Shown: positions 12,041 through 23,952 of the stretch, piece by piece | Position numbering within the stretch: the stretch's first letter is position 1 | Layout: each line of letters starts with the position of its first letter | Assembly (NCBI RefSeq): GCF_009834535.1 | Contig: NC_045696.1 | Location: 1,054,001 to 1,118,000 of the forward strand | DNA length: 64,000 bases | Direction of reading: 5' to 3' | DNA from: Camelus ferus | Taxonomy: Eukaryota | The notes under the pieces: generated by a model | What the model was told of the DNA's origin: nothing | Database searches by the model: none | What the model saw: only the letters and a program-made list of their open reading frames with translations | Made by a program: the position numbers and the translations under genes

Positions 12041-13447
12041 ACGCAGACAGGAGAGCCTGCACTTCCTCTGGCAAACTGTGCTTTGTACAGATGACACCAG
12101 CCTGGCACAGCCGAGAGCAGAGGCACACTGGGTGTCCTCGCTGCATGGTGGGGTGACCTGTCAGCGCCGTGAGGCAGGCGCCCCATCCCCCCTTTCCTGT
12201 GAAAGACACACAGATCCCATGGGGCGTTTTCCACCTCAAAGAGGCTGGGAAATCTCGCAACAAATCGCCAGTAAACACAGCGCTGCCCAGACAGCAGGGC
12301 TCTCTGCCTTTTCTCCAGCTTATCATGTTTGAGGATCAAAATGGAAACACAAAGAGGCCCAGTTTGGTACCAAAGTCCTGCTGGCTCCCAGACCCCATGG
12401 GGCAAAGTTCCTGCCAAAGGTGAAAGGTCAGCTGTCAGAACCGCGTCACCCAGGGTTTAGAACAACTCTGACCAAGCAGTCTTTGTCTGGGCGATAATTA
12501 GCCTTCTGTCCCCGGGCAGACGTCCCCCATTTGCACACACAGGGACCCCTGTCCTGACAGCCCGGCAGGGGCGTGCTAGCTGCAGACTGGCCGCAGTGTT
12601 GGAACTTGAGGACGTGAGAATCAGCGCCGCTGAGGGTGCCCACGCGCGACCTCCAGGAGGCGGGATTCCAGAGAAGGGTTCCAAGAGGCGTGGGGGCTGA
12701 GAGCCCAGGAGAAATACTTCACTAGGATCGGGGATCTGCCTGCCCCCTAAATGAAGGCAGGGCCAGGCTGAGGGGGAGGGGGCTCCCTGGGGACATTGTG
12801 GAGACAGCCACATGCCGGTCACTGGCGGGGAGATTCTGCCCATGCTGCTCTGAAGGGGAGGCCTGTCCCGGGGCTCACTGGCCATGGGGCACCACACAGC
12901 TGGGCAAAATAATCATCAGCACGACTGAGGCCAGCGCGCGGCATGAACCCCCGGGCCCGCCCGGCAGGCGTGAGCCGGACCCAGAAAGGCCCCCACTCGG
13001 TGCTCCGCTGCTGCTGACCCGAAATTCTTACTTTTCTCTGTGCACGATATGAAGCTGAGCCTGGACCCTGCCCCCCGCTCGGTGATGGTGCAGGGTGGGG
13101 CCTGGAACCCACGGGACGCTGCACACACGTTCAGACACACATGCGCACACAGGGTGGGGCTCCTGATGGTGGCAGGGGTGGGTACCCAGTTAAGAAGGTG
13201 GTCCAAGGGGCCACTCGGGCTGGCTGGGGCACAGAGAGGCGGGAGCATCAGTGGTGTACAAGACCCGTGGAGACCCTGCGCTGGTGGCAGAGCGGTTAGC
13301 ATGGCTGCCTTCCAAAGACCTGTGGGAGCTGGGCGGCCTGAGGGCCCAGGCCCTGACCACAGGCAGGCTCACTCCATCCTGTCCCCGGAGCCGCCCTTGT
13401 CCCCATCGCCAGCCCCTGCCCCGGGCGCGGATAGCCATCGCGATTAC

Positions 13448-13992
13448 CTGGAACTTGTCGGGGTCCGCTCGGCCAGCCTGAGCCACGAAGACGCGGGCAC
13501 CGGGCTCCAGCTGCAGGCCGCGCAGGGAGCGCGCCAGGGGCTCGCGCTGGACCAACTCGCAGTCCACGAAGAGCGCGGCGTGCGCGCCGTCCACGCTGAG
13601 TGCCAGGCGCGTCCAGCGCTCGTCCAGCGCGGGCAGCGCGAAGCTGGCGGCCGTGCGCGTGCGGGCGGCGCCGGGCTCCGTGTACAGCAGCTGCACCTGC
13701 TGCTGCCCGCCGCGCGCCGCCGCCAGCTTGACGCCCACCGAGACCACCGCCTGCGCCGCATCGGTGACAGCGAACAGCACGCCCGCGCGCGCCGAGGCCG
13801 GCCGCACGCGCGCCAGCAGCGAGAAGTCGCGGAACAAGGCGCCGGGCAGGAGGCTCTCGGCCGCCTGGCCGCCGCCGCTCTCCGGGCCGAACTCGTAGGC
13901 GGGCCCCACGTCGGGGTCGTGCACCAGGGCGACCTGACGGGGCGGGGGCTCCCCGAGCAGCTGCTGGAGCCCCACCTCGAAGCCTTCCCTGT
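13448..13992 (-). CDS. COL18A1: Exon 4 (545 nt): TSPN / laminin-G-like domain, first exon common to all isoforms
   Basis: Acceptor tctttctctcctgcag|AC; donor CAG|GTAATC; peptide [13 protein letters not shown]...[12 protein letters not shown]...[10 protein letters not shown]...FVDCE...DPDKFQ. Confidence 0.97.
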
Positions 13993-14360
13993 CTGCAGGA
14001 GAGAAAGACACCAGTGAGGCCGCGCGCCACGGCGGAAACCGAGGCGGGCTGCCCTCCCGCCCGCACCGTCCTGCTCCCCTGCAGCGCCAGCAGGGACTCG
14101 GCGGCTCCCCACAACCCGCGTCCATCCAGGCGCTGCGCAAGGATACGGCTGCCTTGAGCCCCGCGCCCTCCCGCACCGGCTCAAGGCCGCAGGTGGGGTA
14201 CAGCAGATCCTCGGAAACCAGCGCGGTGGGAAGCGCAGCGGCAGGCCAGGCCAGCTCAGCGACCCGACCCCATTAGCACAAGGAACCCACGCACACCCCA
14301 CATTCAGACCCACGGCTCACTCCCATCCTCTTGCTGCAACCCCACACTCGTGCTTGGACG

Positions 14361-14498
14361 CCGCCCCTATCCCATGCTGGGACCCCGCCCCCATTCCGTG
14401 CTCGGACCCCCGCCCCCATCCCATGCTCAGACCTCGCCCCCATCCCCATGCTCGGCACCCCATGCTCGGACCCCGCCCCCATCCCCATGCTGGGACCC
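14361..14498. repeat. Minisatellite, ~24-26 bp unit ccccgcccccatcccatgctcggac, about 5 copies
   Basis: Directly visible tandem units with small variations. Confidence 0.85.
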
Positions 14499-16189
14499 CT
14501 AGGAGAAATGCCCCTGGCACTGGTCCCCGCACCCCCGCCCACCCCAACCCCACCACACCCCAGAGAGACTGCACACAGGATGTGCCCTGAGCTGTGTCTA
14601 CACTAGCAACAGCCCCAAATGAACAAAACCCCCAGGAAGGGAGGTGGTGAGCGGGGCTGCGGTTCTAGGGGCCCTGTTTAGCCCGTGTCTTCCTTGTCTG
14701 CTCACACTCGTCACAGCAGACCCCACCCAAGCCCCCAGTCTGGGGGGGTTTTACCCGGCAGCGGCTGCCTCACAAGGCTCCTGGGAGGTGGGGCTCCTCG
14801 CTGCCTCCGCCCACAGCAGATGCCACGGCCACCTGACCAGATGGGGCTGCATGATGGGTGACCCAGGAGGGCCCCGCTTTCCCCGTAACCAACTGCTCAC
14901 ACTCCCGGCCCCATCCTCCCTCTCCAATACCCGATGGGCTCTCCTCCCCCTCCTCCTTGGTCGTCAGAGTCCTGGGGCCCCCACCATAGGCGCCCCCTCC
15001 GCAGTGTGGGCCCAGGCTCGGCTATGGTGCCCAAGCTGACCGAGCGCCTGGACCTGGCTGAGCCGTGGGTGCAGCACAGGGTGGGCTGCTTCCTAGGCGT
15101 GCAGGGGCCACTAGCAGCCTGCATCGACATCCTGGGGGTTCTGACGATCTCTGGGACCAGGGGTGTCCAAGGTTGGGGGGGGAGGACGGGGCCTACCTCC
15201 CTGTCTGGGGCTGAGGCCACTGCCAGACACAGGAGAGGGATAAACCCAACTCAGGGAGAGGCCTGCCCACCAGCGCCCTCCCTGAATACCTGTGCTGCCA
15301 GGCAGAGCTGTGATTTGGGGCGTGGTCTGGCCACGGGCCCCACAGAGGCCTCTCCTCAGAGGACCTCACCCACAACCTTGGAGGCGGGCACACGGGGAGA
15401 TGCCCTCCTGGGAAGCGGCTGCTGGCGTGTGGCTGTCCTGAGGAAGGCTCGGCTGAGCCCGAATGTGAATGTACTCGACGGTGTCAGTGTGTCAGCACGC
15501 GTCAGTGTCAGTGGGCACCCGGAGCCGGGTCCCAAGTGTGGGGTCAGGTGGGTCTGGTCCCTCCCGGGACAGAGCAGAGGGGACAGGTGCTGACCCCGCC
15601 TTCAGAGCCCCGGCCGTCCATCAAGATGCTGGCTGCTTTGGGTCCCTTTGCGTAAGGAGGGCCCAGGGCCCAGGTGGCCGCCCAGGAGAGGCTCTGAGAT
15701 CTGGAAACAGGACTATCGCCAGCCTGGGTGCCAGTGGCCCTGGCGTCCCGACTCAGCTATCCCCAGAGTTAAACCTGGATGTGCCTCAGCACCGCCCTTC
15801 CTCCCAGGCAGCCTGCACTTTTCCAAATCAATTAAGAACGCGAGACGCAGCAGCCGCTGACATCCTGGGCTGGAAGACAACAGCGCATTCCAGGGGCAGC
15901 CCCAGGGACCCCAGAGAGGCCTGAGCAGCTCCTCTCCCAAGTTCTCCGGTTTCCGCTCCACAAAATTCTTCATGGTTCCCTTCGGGAGTAAGCGACCGAA
16001 TGCCGCGGCCCTAAGATCACCGGTCCACCCTCCGGTTACAGGCATCCCGAGCGGGGCCGTGGGCCCCCCGCCCGCCAGCCTGGCAACGGCTCTGCCGGAG
16101 GCGCAGCCCCCAGACCACGGAGTCGGGGCGTGCCTCGCTGAAGACAGTCTCCTTTCAGCAAACAGGCCAGCCACGACCAGGGGGGCTTG

Positions 16190-18360
16190 AGCCCGGGTCC
16201 ACAAGGCTGGTTCAGCATTTGACGATCGATTCCCGTCGTCACATCAACAGGCTAAAGAAGAAAAACCACACGGTCATAGCACTAGACGCAGAAAAAAGAC
16301 TGTATAAACTCCAGCATCCATTATGATGAACGCTCTCAGTAAGCTAGGAATGGAGGCTGTCTACAAAACACCTGCAGCTGGCACCATACTTCATGGTGAG
16401 AAGCTTGACGCTCTCCCGCCGAAACCAGGTACAAGAAGCAAGGCGGCCCTCCCACTGCGTCCTTTCAACATCCTGCTGGAGTTCTAACCATCGTGAGACA
16501 AGAAAAGGGAAGGAAAGCACACAGACTGTGAAGGAAGAAATAAAACAAATAGTTTGTAGACGACATGAAAACCCAAATGGAGAAACTCCAAAATGATGGC
16601 CTAGAAAACACTCCTGGATGAGCAATGACGGGGGGTCGTGGGGCACGAGGTGACTGTACAAAGCCAAGCATTTCCCTACAAACCAGCGATGAAGCCAGAC
16701 ACACACACCACTTACCCCAGCAGCCCCACGATGACATGCTTGCTTCCACCTACAGTGGGTGTAAATACAACAGCCGCCTGCACAAGAGCTGCACGAGGAA
16801 ACCTGCGGGACTGATGAGCAAACCAAAGAACTACAGGGATGCGGAGGGGTCCCACGTTCACGAACAGGACTCAGTGTCGTCCATGCGGTGCTGCTAAAGG
16901 AACAGGCGAACAGACGAGTGGAACAGAACAGAGAGCCCAGAAACAGACCCACTGGAACACAACTAGCTAATCTTTCCTAAAGAAGCAAAGGCAATACAAC
17001 GCGGAAAAGACTGGCTTTTCAACCAGTGGTGCTGGAACAACTGGACACTACGTGCAGAAAAAGCAATGAATCCAGACACAGACCTCCCACCCTTCACAAA
17101 AATTAACTCACAGTGGGTCACAGGCCCAAATGTAAAATGCAAAACTGTACAGCTCCTGGTAGGTAACGGGGAGAAGCCCTGGATGACCTGGGGTTCGGCA
17201 GCGACGTTTTAGACAACGTCACAGACACGACTCACAACAGGGCTGACATGCGAGGCTTCCTTAAAAGGAAAAGCCTCTGTTCTCCAGAGGACACTGAGGA
17301 GGATGAAAAGACAAATCACAGGCTGGGAGAAAATATTTGCCAAACACCGGTTAGATAAAGGACTGTTAAGCCAAATGCATAAAGGACACTTAAAACTTTA
17401 AAATAAGGAAGTGAGGAGCCCAATTAAAAGTGGGCAGAAGATCTGAACAGACGCCTCATCAAAGACAGCTGGACGCAAATAAACGCACGGAAAGGTGCTC
17501 CACGTCCGACGTCGCCGGGAAATGCAAATTAAAAAAATGAGTTACCACGACCCACCTCGTAGAAGGGCCAAAAGCCAGACGCCGACAACACCCAGTGCTG
17601 GTGAGGACGGGGAGCCACAGGAACCCCCAGGCCCTGCCGGTGGGAACGCAGCACCGTGCAGCCTGCTTTGGAAGACAGCTGGGAGCTTCTTACAAAGCTA
17701 AGCGCACTCTGACCGTAGGACCCAGCAACCAGGCTCCTGGGTGTTTCCCCAAAGGAGTCGTGCATGAAAACCTGCACACAGACATTTCTAGCAACTTAAT
17801 TTGACAAAACTTGGAAGCAACCAAGATGTCTTTTCCTCAGTAGGTGAACGGATAAATAAACTGTGGTCCATCCAGACAGTGGAATGCTATTCAGCACCGA
17901 AAAAGAAGGGATTAAGTCAAGAAGACATTACTAAGAAAGAAGCCAGTCTGAATAGACTACAAACGACATGATTCCAACTTTACAACACTCTGGAAAAGGC
18001 AGAACTATGAGAGAGTGAAAAAAGAAACAGTGGTCTCCAGGAATTGGGGCGGGGGAGGGAAGAGCAGGTGGGGCACCGAGGGTCTGCAGAGCGGTGAGAA
18101 CACTGTGCGTGGCACTCACGGTGGCCACATGTCACGGCACATCTGTCAAACCCGCAGAGCGTACAGCGTCAGGAGTGAGCCCTGGTGTGAACCATGGGCT
18201 CTGGGCAATGCCGCGCCACTGCAGCTTCTCCAACAGCCACGAAGGCCCGTCTGGCGGGGCTGCTGGTGGCGGCGGGCAGGAGGGGTTCGGGCACTCTCTG
18301 TACCTTGCCCTCAAGTTTGCTGTGAGCCCAAATCTGCTTTTAAAAAAATAAACTCTTCTT
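16190..18360 (+). mobile_element. Degenerate L1 (L1MB/L1MC-type): ORF2 RT region to 3' end, with internal deletion near 16880
   Basis: aaggctggttcagcatt...aaaaaccacacggtcatagcactagacgcagaaaaa (GWFN...KNHMIISIDAEK), tggaacagaacagagagcccagaaa (WNR.ESPE), aaacttggaagcaaccaagatgtc, and a 3' terminus tttgctgtgagcccaaatctgcttttaaaaaaataaa. Confidence 0.9.
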
Positions 18361-19170
18361 TAAAAGTCAGACAAATGATAACAAAAAGTAAACAAATATT
18401 GCACCACCGCTATCAGATACAACAGAAGTCAAGCTGAAACCCATTGAGTGGGACAGAGTGGAGGGCAACTTAACAACCCACAGGTGCACGACGCTCCAGG
18501 CCCCGCCAGCCGCGCCCGACCACACGTCGGAAGGAAGTCTTCGTTGTCCGTGCAGACCCCAGCCGGGGCCTCTCCCACCCCATCTGCCCGTTAAGATGGA
18601 ACGTGGCCACCTCAGGGAGACAACCTGACTACGTGCCTGGAGGAGCCCCTCCAGCGCCTTCCCACTCACACAGCAACCGAGTCAGGGCGGCTGCGGCCGG
18701 GGCCCTCACCTCCACGTCCCAGAGGAGACAGAGGGCAAACACCCCACAAACACCTAGTCTGTGAAGCACCTCAAACGGGGAGGTGACCCACGACCCTGTG
18801 GACGTCAACACGCTTACAGCACGTGCGTCTGCACACACGTGCAGCACAGCTCACTCACACCTCGGGGAGTATTTCTGATGACCTAGAAGAGAAGACCATC
18901 CCGGGCGTCTGGATGCCGTGAATCCCCGACTGGGGCGCGTCACCCAGCGCCCAAAGCTCTCAGGCCTTGGGCCATTAATGCACAAGTGAATGGACAGGGG
19001 ACAAAGAAATCGGGAGGGTGGGCAGGGCCACCGGCCCTCTAGTGACACAGGGAGACTCCCAGACACGGGGCAGACAGAGAGGAACTTTCAGATACACAGA
19101 ATGTGATGCCACATCCGCAGAGTAAGAACACACGCACGTGTGGGTGTGCGCACGTGCATGGCACACACAC

Positions 19171-19577
19171 TATGGTAGCAGAGTCACAGGCCCCAGAGGT
19201 GTCCAACCCGTGACATCCAGACCTGTGGGTGTCACTTTCCTCAGCAAAGGGGACTTCGCGGAGGTGACCGTGGTCACGGCCCTTGAGATAAGGTCACCCA
19301 CTGTGACCACACCCTAAGCAGGGAACCTCTCCCAGCCAGGACAGAGACACGGCTGGCTTTGAAGGTGGTGGCAGGGCTCTGAGGTGCCTCCAGATGCTGG
19401 AAAAGGCAGACGTGGTACCAGGCCCAGGGCCCAGGAGGGACGCAGCCAGCAGATAGCATGCTTTTGGCTCAGAGAGGCTGATTTCTGACTTCTGACTCCA
19501 AACGTAATGCATTTGGTGTTGTCTTGAGCCACCGAGCGTGTGGTCACTTGTTACAGTGGCCGTGGGACACTCATACC
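19171..19577 (+). mobile_element. MaLR solo LTR (MLT1-like)
   Basis: aaaggggacttcgcggaggtga, gctggctttgaaggtgg, gatgctggaaaaggcag and tgtggtcacttgttacagtggcc are typical MLT1 blocks. Confidence 0.75.
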
Positions 19578-22219
19578 ACGTCTCTGCAAATCCAGAGACG
19601 CCCTGTGCTCAACAAGGGAGGCGCGGGAGCTGCGTCCAGTGCAGCCTCCTGTGTGGCCTGGGTGCGTGTGTCACCAGCTAGTTCTGGGATAAAAACCTCA
19701 CACAGGGAGAAGCAGCCAGGATGAGGTGAGGGGCAGAGTGGCCCTAAGGGGTGGGGGAGGTCATCTGCAGGTTTGCAGGAGGAAGGCTCCTCGGAGCGCT
19801 GGCCTCTGCGCACACTCCCTCCTCAGGACCGAGGCCGCCCACTCTCTTTCGGGAGGGGCCTCCCCCCACGACCCCCACACCCATCCTTCTGACTCCTTGA
19901 TCACTGGGGGACAGCCTCCTGCTGGCCCACCCACAGGTACACCAGGGGACCTGGGACGTGTTCCCGCCCTCCCCTGTGTAGGGCCTCACTCCCTTTTCTC
20001 TGGGGCCTGGGGGACAAGAGACCCTGCCCCAGGTCCCCCAGAGTGTGCTGCTCCCCACGGCACCATGGCGGGGCAGGCGAGCAGGACACGCAGAACCTGA
20101 CCAGGACCCCCAGACGGGCCAGGCCTGCAAATGCAAGCAGGGAGGGGGCTCCGCTCAGGGGCCCAGCCCCACCCGAACACAGAGCGCTGTGGGGCCCAGG
20201 AGGCTGTGGCCACGTGGTGCTCGGGGGTGGCACGGGGGCTCCCTCCCGAGCCCCAGCCACTGGCTGTGTGTCCCACCAGCCACATGCGGGTGCCAGCCCC
20301 TCCCCCTCACTCTCCTTGGCAGGGGCAGGGAGGGGGCAGATGGGGGGACTCTGAATGGGCTGCGCAGAGCTGGGCTTTATGGGCTGGTGTGACAGGACTA
20401 GGTGACCGTCCACATCCCACCGTCGGGGGACACCTCTGCCCTGGGGTCGGCCTGCAGGACACACGCAAGAGGGACAGAGGCGGTGGTGCCATGTGAGTAG
20501 GGGGCAGCTCTGACTGGGACCTGAGAAGGAAACAGCACCCATGGCTCGGGCCTCCCGCCCCCCCACTGTGGCCTCCCTCCCCCACAGGCCCCGGCACACG
20601 GGGTAGGGGTGCCTGGCCCAGCACAGGAGATCAGCAGTGGGTGGTGCCCCTGCCGCGAGGCCAACCCTGGTCCTCTGGGACCCTCCCCAGCCAGGCCACA
20701 TCCAGGAGCGGTCCCGGGTGTGAGGAACATCTGAGCCAGCTGACAGAAGAATCCCCAAGCCTTTTGCTAGGAACACAGCCTCCCTCACAGGCCGAGGACC
20801 TAGCCAGTGTGTGCAGATGTCCAGTGAGAAGTCCCCTTAGGGCCACTGCGCTGACTGGGCCAGCTGCGGTCAGGGAAACTCCACGCCCCGCGCAGCCGCG
20901 CCTGGGCCTGGCCGCGTGAGGACCACCTCGCACTGGCTCCCAGCCCCGTGCCCACTGTGGCTGAGCTCCCCGCCAAGAGGACCCGGGCTTGGCCAGAGGC
21001 CCAGCAGCAGGGTGGGTATGTGTTCAGGGCCCTGGGTGGGCAGGCCTGGCCCTCCCCTCCCTCCCCGCCTCACCCTGAGGAGGAGGAGGCGCTGGGCTGT
21101 GTAGGAGCTGCCCGGAGCCCCTTTACATGGGCCGGGGGGCCCTCCTGGCAGGACACCTCACCCCTGCGGGGCTAACCCTGCCCCCACGCCAGGCGGGGAC
21201 GCAACACAGAGGCTGGAGGAGGCCCGTGCTGGCCCAACCTTCGGGTGTTCTGGGGACCGATGTGTGTGGGATGTGGGGACACGTGACTCACTACAGCCCC
21301 CCACCCTCTGGGTGAGGTCAGTGCCCATGTTACCAATAGCCCTGGGCCCCTCCCTCCGCACACACCGGGCCCTCCCAGAGCAGGCCCTGCATGAGTGTTT
21401 CCCCAGGATGCCCTCCAGGCCACCTGGCCCCACGCAGGGCTCAGCCGCCATCGCCTGCGAGCAGAGGCCACCGTCCCTCCTCCCACTCCACTCCAGCCTT
21501 GGTTTGCTTCTTCCGAGGGGTGGGCACACCTGTCATGGGCACTTGTCCCTGCCCCACCCCTACCTGGGCACTGGCGGCCACCTCCTCGCTGTGCCCCTGG
21601 CCTGGCCATGGAGTCACCCACACACATCCCCCAAGGGCCCTGCAGGGTGACACCACCTCTTGGGGTCCAATGAAGCCACCCCAACCCCACCAGCCCAGCT
21701 CCAATGCCCAATGACTTTGGGAACCAGTGACCAGGTCAAGGCTGCTCCCCATGACACCACAAGGGAGGGAGGGGGACATGCACAGGCCGAAAAGGACGGG
21801 CCAGGCCTGCAAGTGCAAGCAGGGAGGGGGCACCACTCAGGGACCCAGCCCCCCGAGGACGAGGACGCAGATGGAGCTGGGTGGGGGGTGCTCGGAGGCT
21901 GCTGCTGCTCTCCCCCCTCCACTCCAAGCCACATGGTGATGGGGGTGCGGTCCAGGTGGACGCAGCTCCCAGGGAGGAACGGCCCTCCCGCTGCCCTGGG
22001 GTGGAGAGGCTCTGCTGCTCAGGCACTGGCTGGGGCGCGCCCCGCCTGCGCTCCACAGACTAACTGCTGGATGGTCAAGACCTCGACCTTCAGAGCAGCA
22101 AGCTGCTCCCTCCCCTTGCATCCGGCCCTGCAGTCCCCTCAACCGACCGTGCAGGCTGGGGCCACAGAAGGGATTCAGACGCTGCAGCACAGTGGCTGGG
22201 GGCAGCGGCCAGCATTTGG

Positions 22220-22290
22220 TGGGAATCCCGGCTCCTTTGGGAGTTGGCGTCACCGTTCTGTGCCTCAGTTTCCCCTGGTGACGGGAGCGC
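22220..22290 (+). mobile_element. MIR core fragment
   Basis: gaatcccggctcc...tctgtgcctcagtttcccc. Confidence 0.5.
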
Positions 22291-22542
22291 ACTGAGCTAT
22301 CTAAGAGTCATGGAGGGTCTGCCATTGACACACACGGAACCTCTGGTCTCAAGCATGCCTCCCACCCTCCCCAGACCTCAGCCTCCCCCTGCAAAGTAGG
22401 CATCACACCCCCTGCAGGCCCCTGGGGTAGCAGCAACACTGGGGGCCGGGTGGGGGTCCTCTGTGCCGAGTGCACACAGCCCCGGCCGAGCTCGTCTGGC
22501 TGGGCCAAGAAGAAAGGCAGATGGACCAGGCCGGCCGGTTAC

Positions 22543-23291
22543 CTGCAGCTGGCCCAATGAACACGCAGTGCCCGTCCTCCCGGGCCGGGAGCGAGGTGCA
22601 GGTGACCGGCAGCCCGCCCCCGTCCAGGTGGCTCCAGCACGCGTCCTCCAGGGCCTCGCAGAACTGGCGGCAGGGCGGCGGGGCGGGCAGCGGGCTGGCG
22701 CTGCAGGGGGGGGCCAGCAGCAGGCAGAAGAACCAGGCCAGGAAGCGGTGGCAGTGGGTCTGGAGCAGCGCCCCCCAGGCCCGGGCCGCGGCCTGCACCT
22801 CCTCGCCGCTCGCGTGGTGGAGGTGGTTGGGCAGCCAGGCGCGCCCGATGCCCAGGTGGCCGCAGACCGCCAGGGAGGGCGGCAGGGGCAGGCAGCGGCC
22901 GGCGGCAAGGCCGACAGGCTGCCCGGCGGGGGTCAGCGGGTCAGCCCCGAGCAGCGTGGAGCTGTTAGCGAGACCAGGCCCCACAGAGGCAGCCACGTGG
23001 GGCAGCCCAAGCACCAGTGCCCCTGATCAGAGCTGAGAGGAGGATGTGAGACAGCTTGGCGGGGGGCCCCGAGGAGAGAGCCGAGGGGGCAGCGTGCGCG
23101 CCCAGGGAGCCCATCACCAGGGGAGGCGGAGGCGGCGTGCGCTCGCGGACGTCGGGGTGCCGGTGCTGCTGGCCTAGGGTGGGCCGCCATGGGCAGGAGT
23201 CCTTCGCTGTCCAGATCCCAGGGCTGCCCCAGGGCCTGCCGGCTTCCCCAGGGAGGGGCCCCGCCTGGCGCGGAGGAGAGGGAAGTTCTAC
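22543..23291 (-). CDS. COL18A1: Exon 3 extension specific to the long isoform, including Frizzled cysteine-rich domain (~22560-22900); frameshifted twice in this sequence
   Basis: RCLPLPPSLAVC...THC...FFCLLLAPPC...PPCRQFCEALEDACW...VTC...GHCVFIG has 10 Cys; donor GCAG|GTAACC at 22542. Homologous peptide is spread over three ORF-track frames (22933..24066, 22965..23423, 22403..23014). Confidence 0.9.
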
Positions 23292-23952
23292 CTGGCGACG
23301 GCGGGGGCACCAAGGTCTCCCTGAGTGGTGCCCAGGGCCCGCCTGGGGAGGGCGGCGGCTGGGTGGGCACTGGCAGGGTGCTGGCCTCGGTCCTCTGGGT
23401 GTCCGGAGAGCTTGGGGCCTCACTGTTCAGCCAGAGAGCGATCCAGTTCTCCTGGGGGGCGCTGGGAAGTCCAGGGGTGGTGAGGGGTTCCGTGGGCGTC
23501 ACCAGAGCGGGCGTCCCCGCGCTGCTGGAGCTCTCGGTGGGGGCGGTGTCGCCCCACAGCCGGACGAAGCTCCGGATGCCCTGGGCCACGCTCAGGATCT
23601 CGGCTCCAACGCCAGCAATGTTGTCCCCCTTTGCGTCCGGGCTTGCGGTGGGGGCTGTGGGGGCTGGGGAGGTCCAGGCCTGGCCCGCCTCCAGCATCTC
23701 CAGAGGCAGCTCAGGGCTGGCAGGGGCTGTCCCCTGCTCAGCGGGGCCATCCTGGGGGACCACGTGCGTGGTGGTGTCCTCTGTGGGCGGCACAGGCGAG
23801 CTGCCAGGGGGCACAGAGGCCAGTGCAGCCGTGGGCTCAGCAGACTTAACGGACCACAACCATCCTATCAGGTCAGCCCGGGCGGCCGCGAGGCAACAGA
23901 TGAGCAGCAGCAGACCCCAGGGGCCGCGCCAGCCGCTGGGGTCGGGAGCCAT
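23292..23952 (-). CDS. COL18A1: Exon 3, medium-isoform part (661 nt): second signal peptide MAPDPSGWRGPWGLLLLICCLAAARA plus Pro/Ser/Thr-rich DUF959-type region
   Basis: ATG at 23952; CCLAAARA and NIAGVGAEILSVAQGIRSFVRLW resemble collagen XVIII long/medium N-termini; internal donor CCAG|GTAGAA at 23291 (phase 1, matches exon 4). Confidence 0.93.

Noticed and set aside
13040..14017. 325-aa plus-strand ORF opposite exon 4
   Set aside because: Antisense shadow of an exon with near-saturated G/C at third positions.
22933..23190. Programmed ribosomal frameshifting as the explanation for the exon 3 frame changes
   Set aside because: No canonical slippery heptamer seen at either site, and two successive +1 shifts would be needed; error or mutation is simpler.
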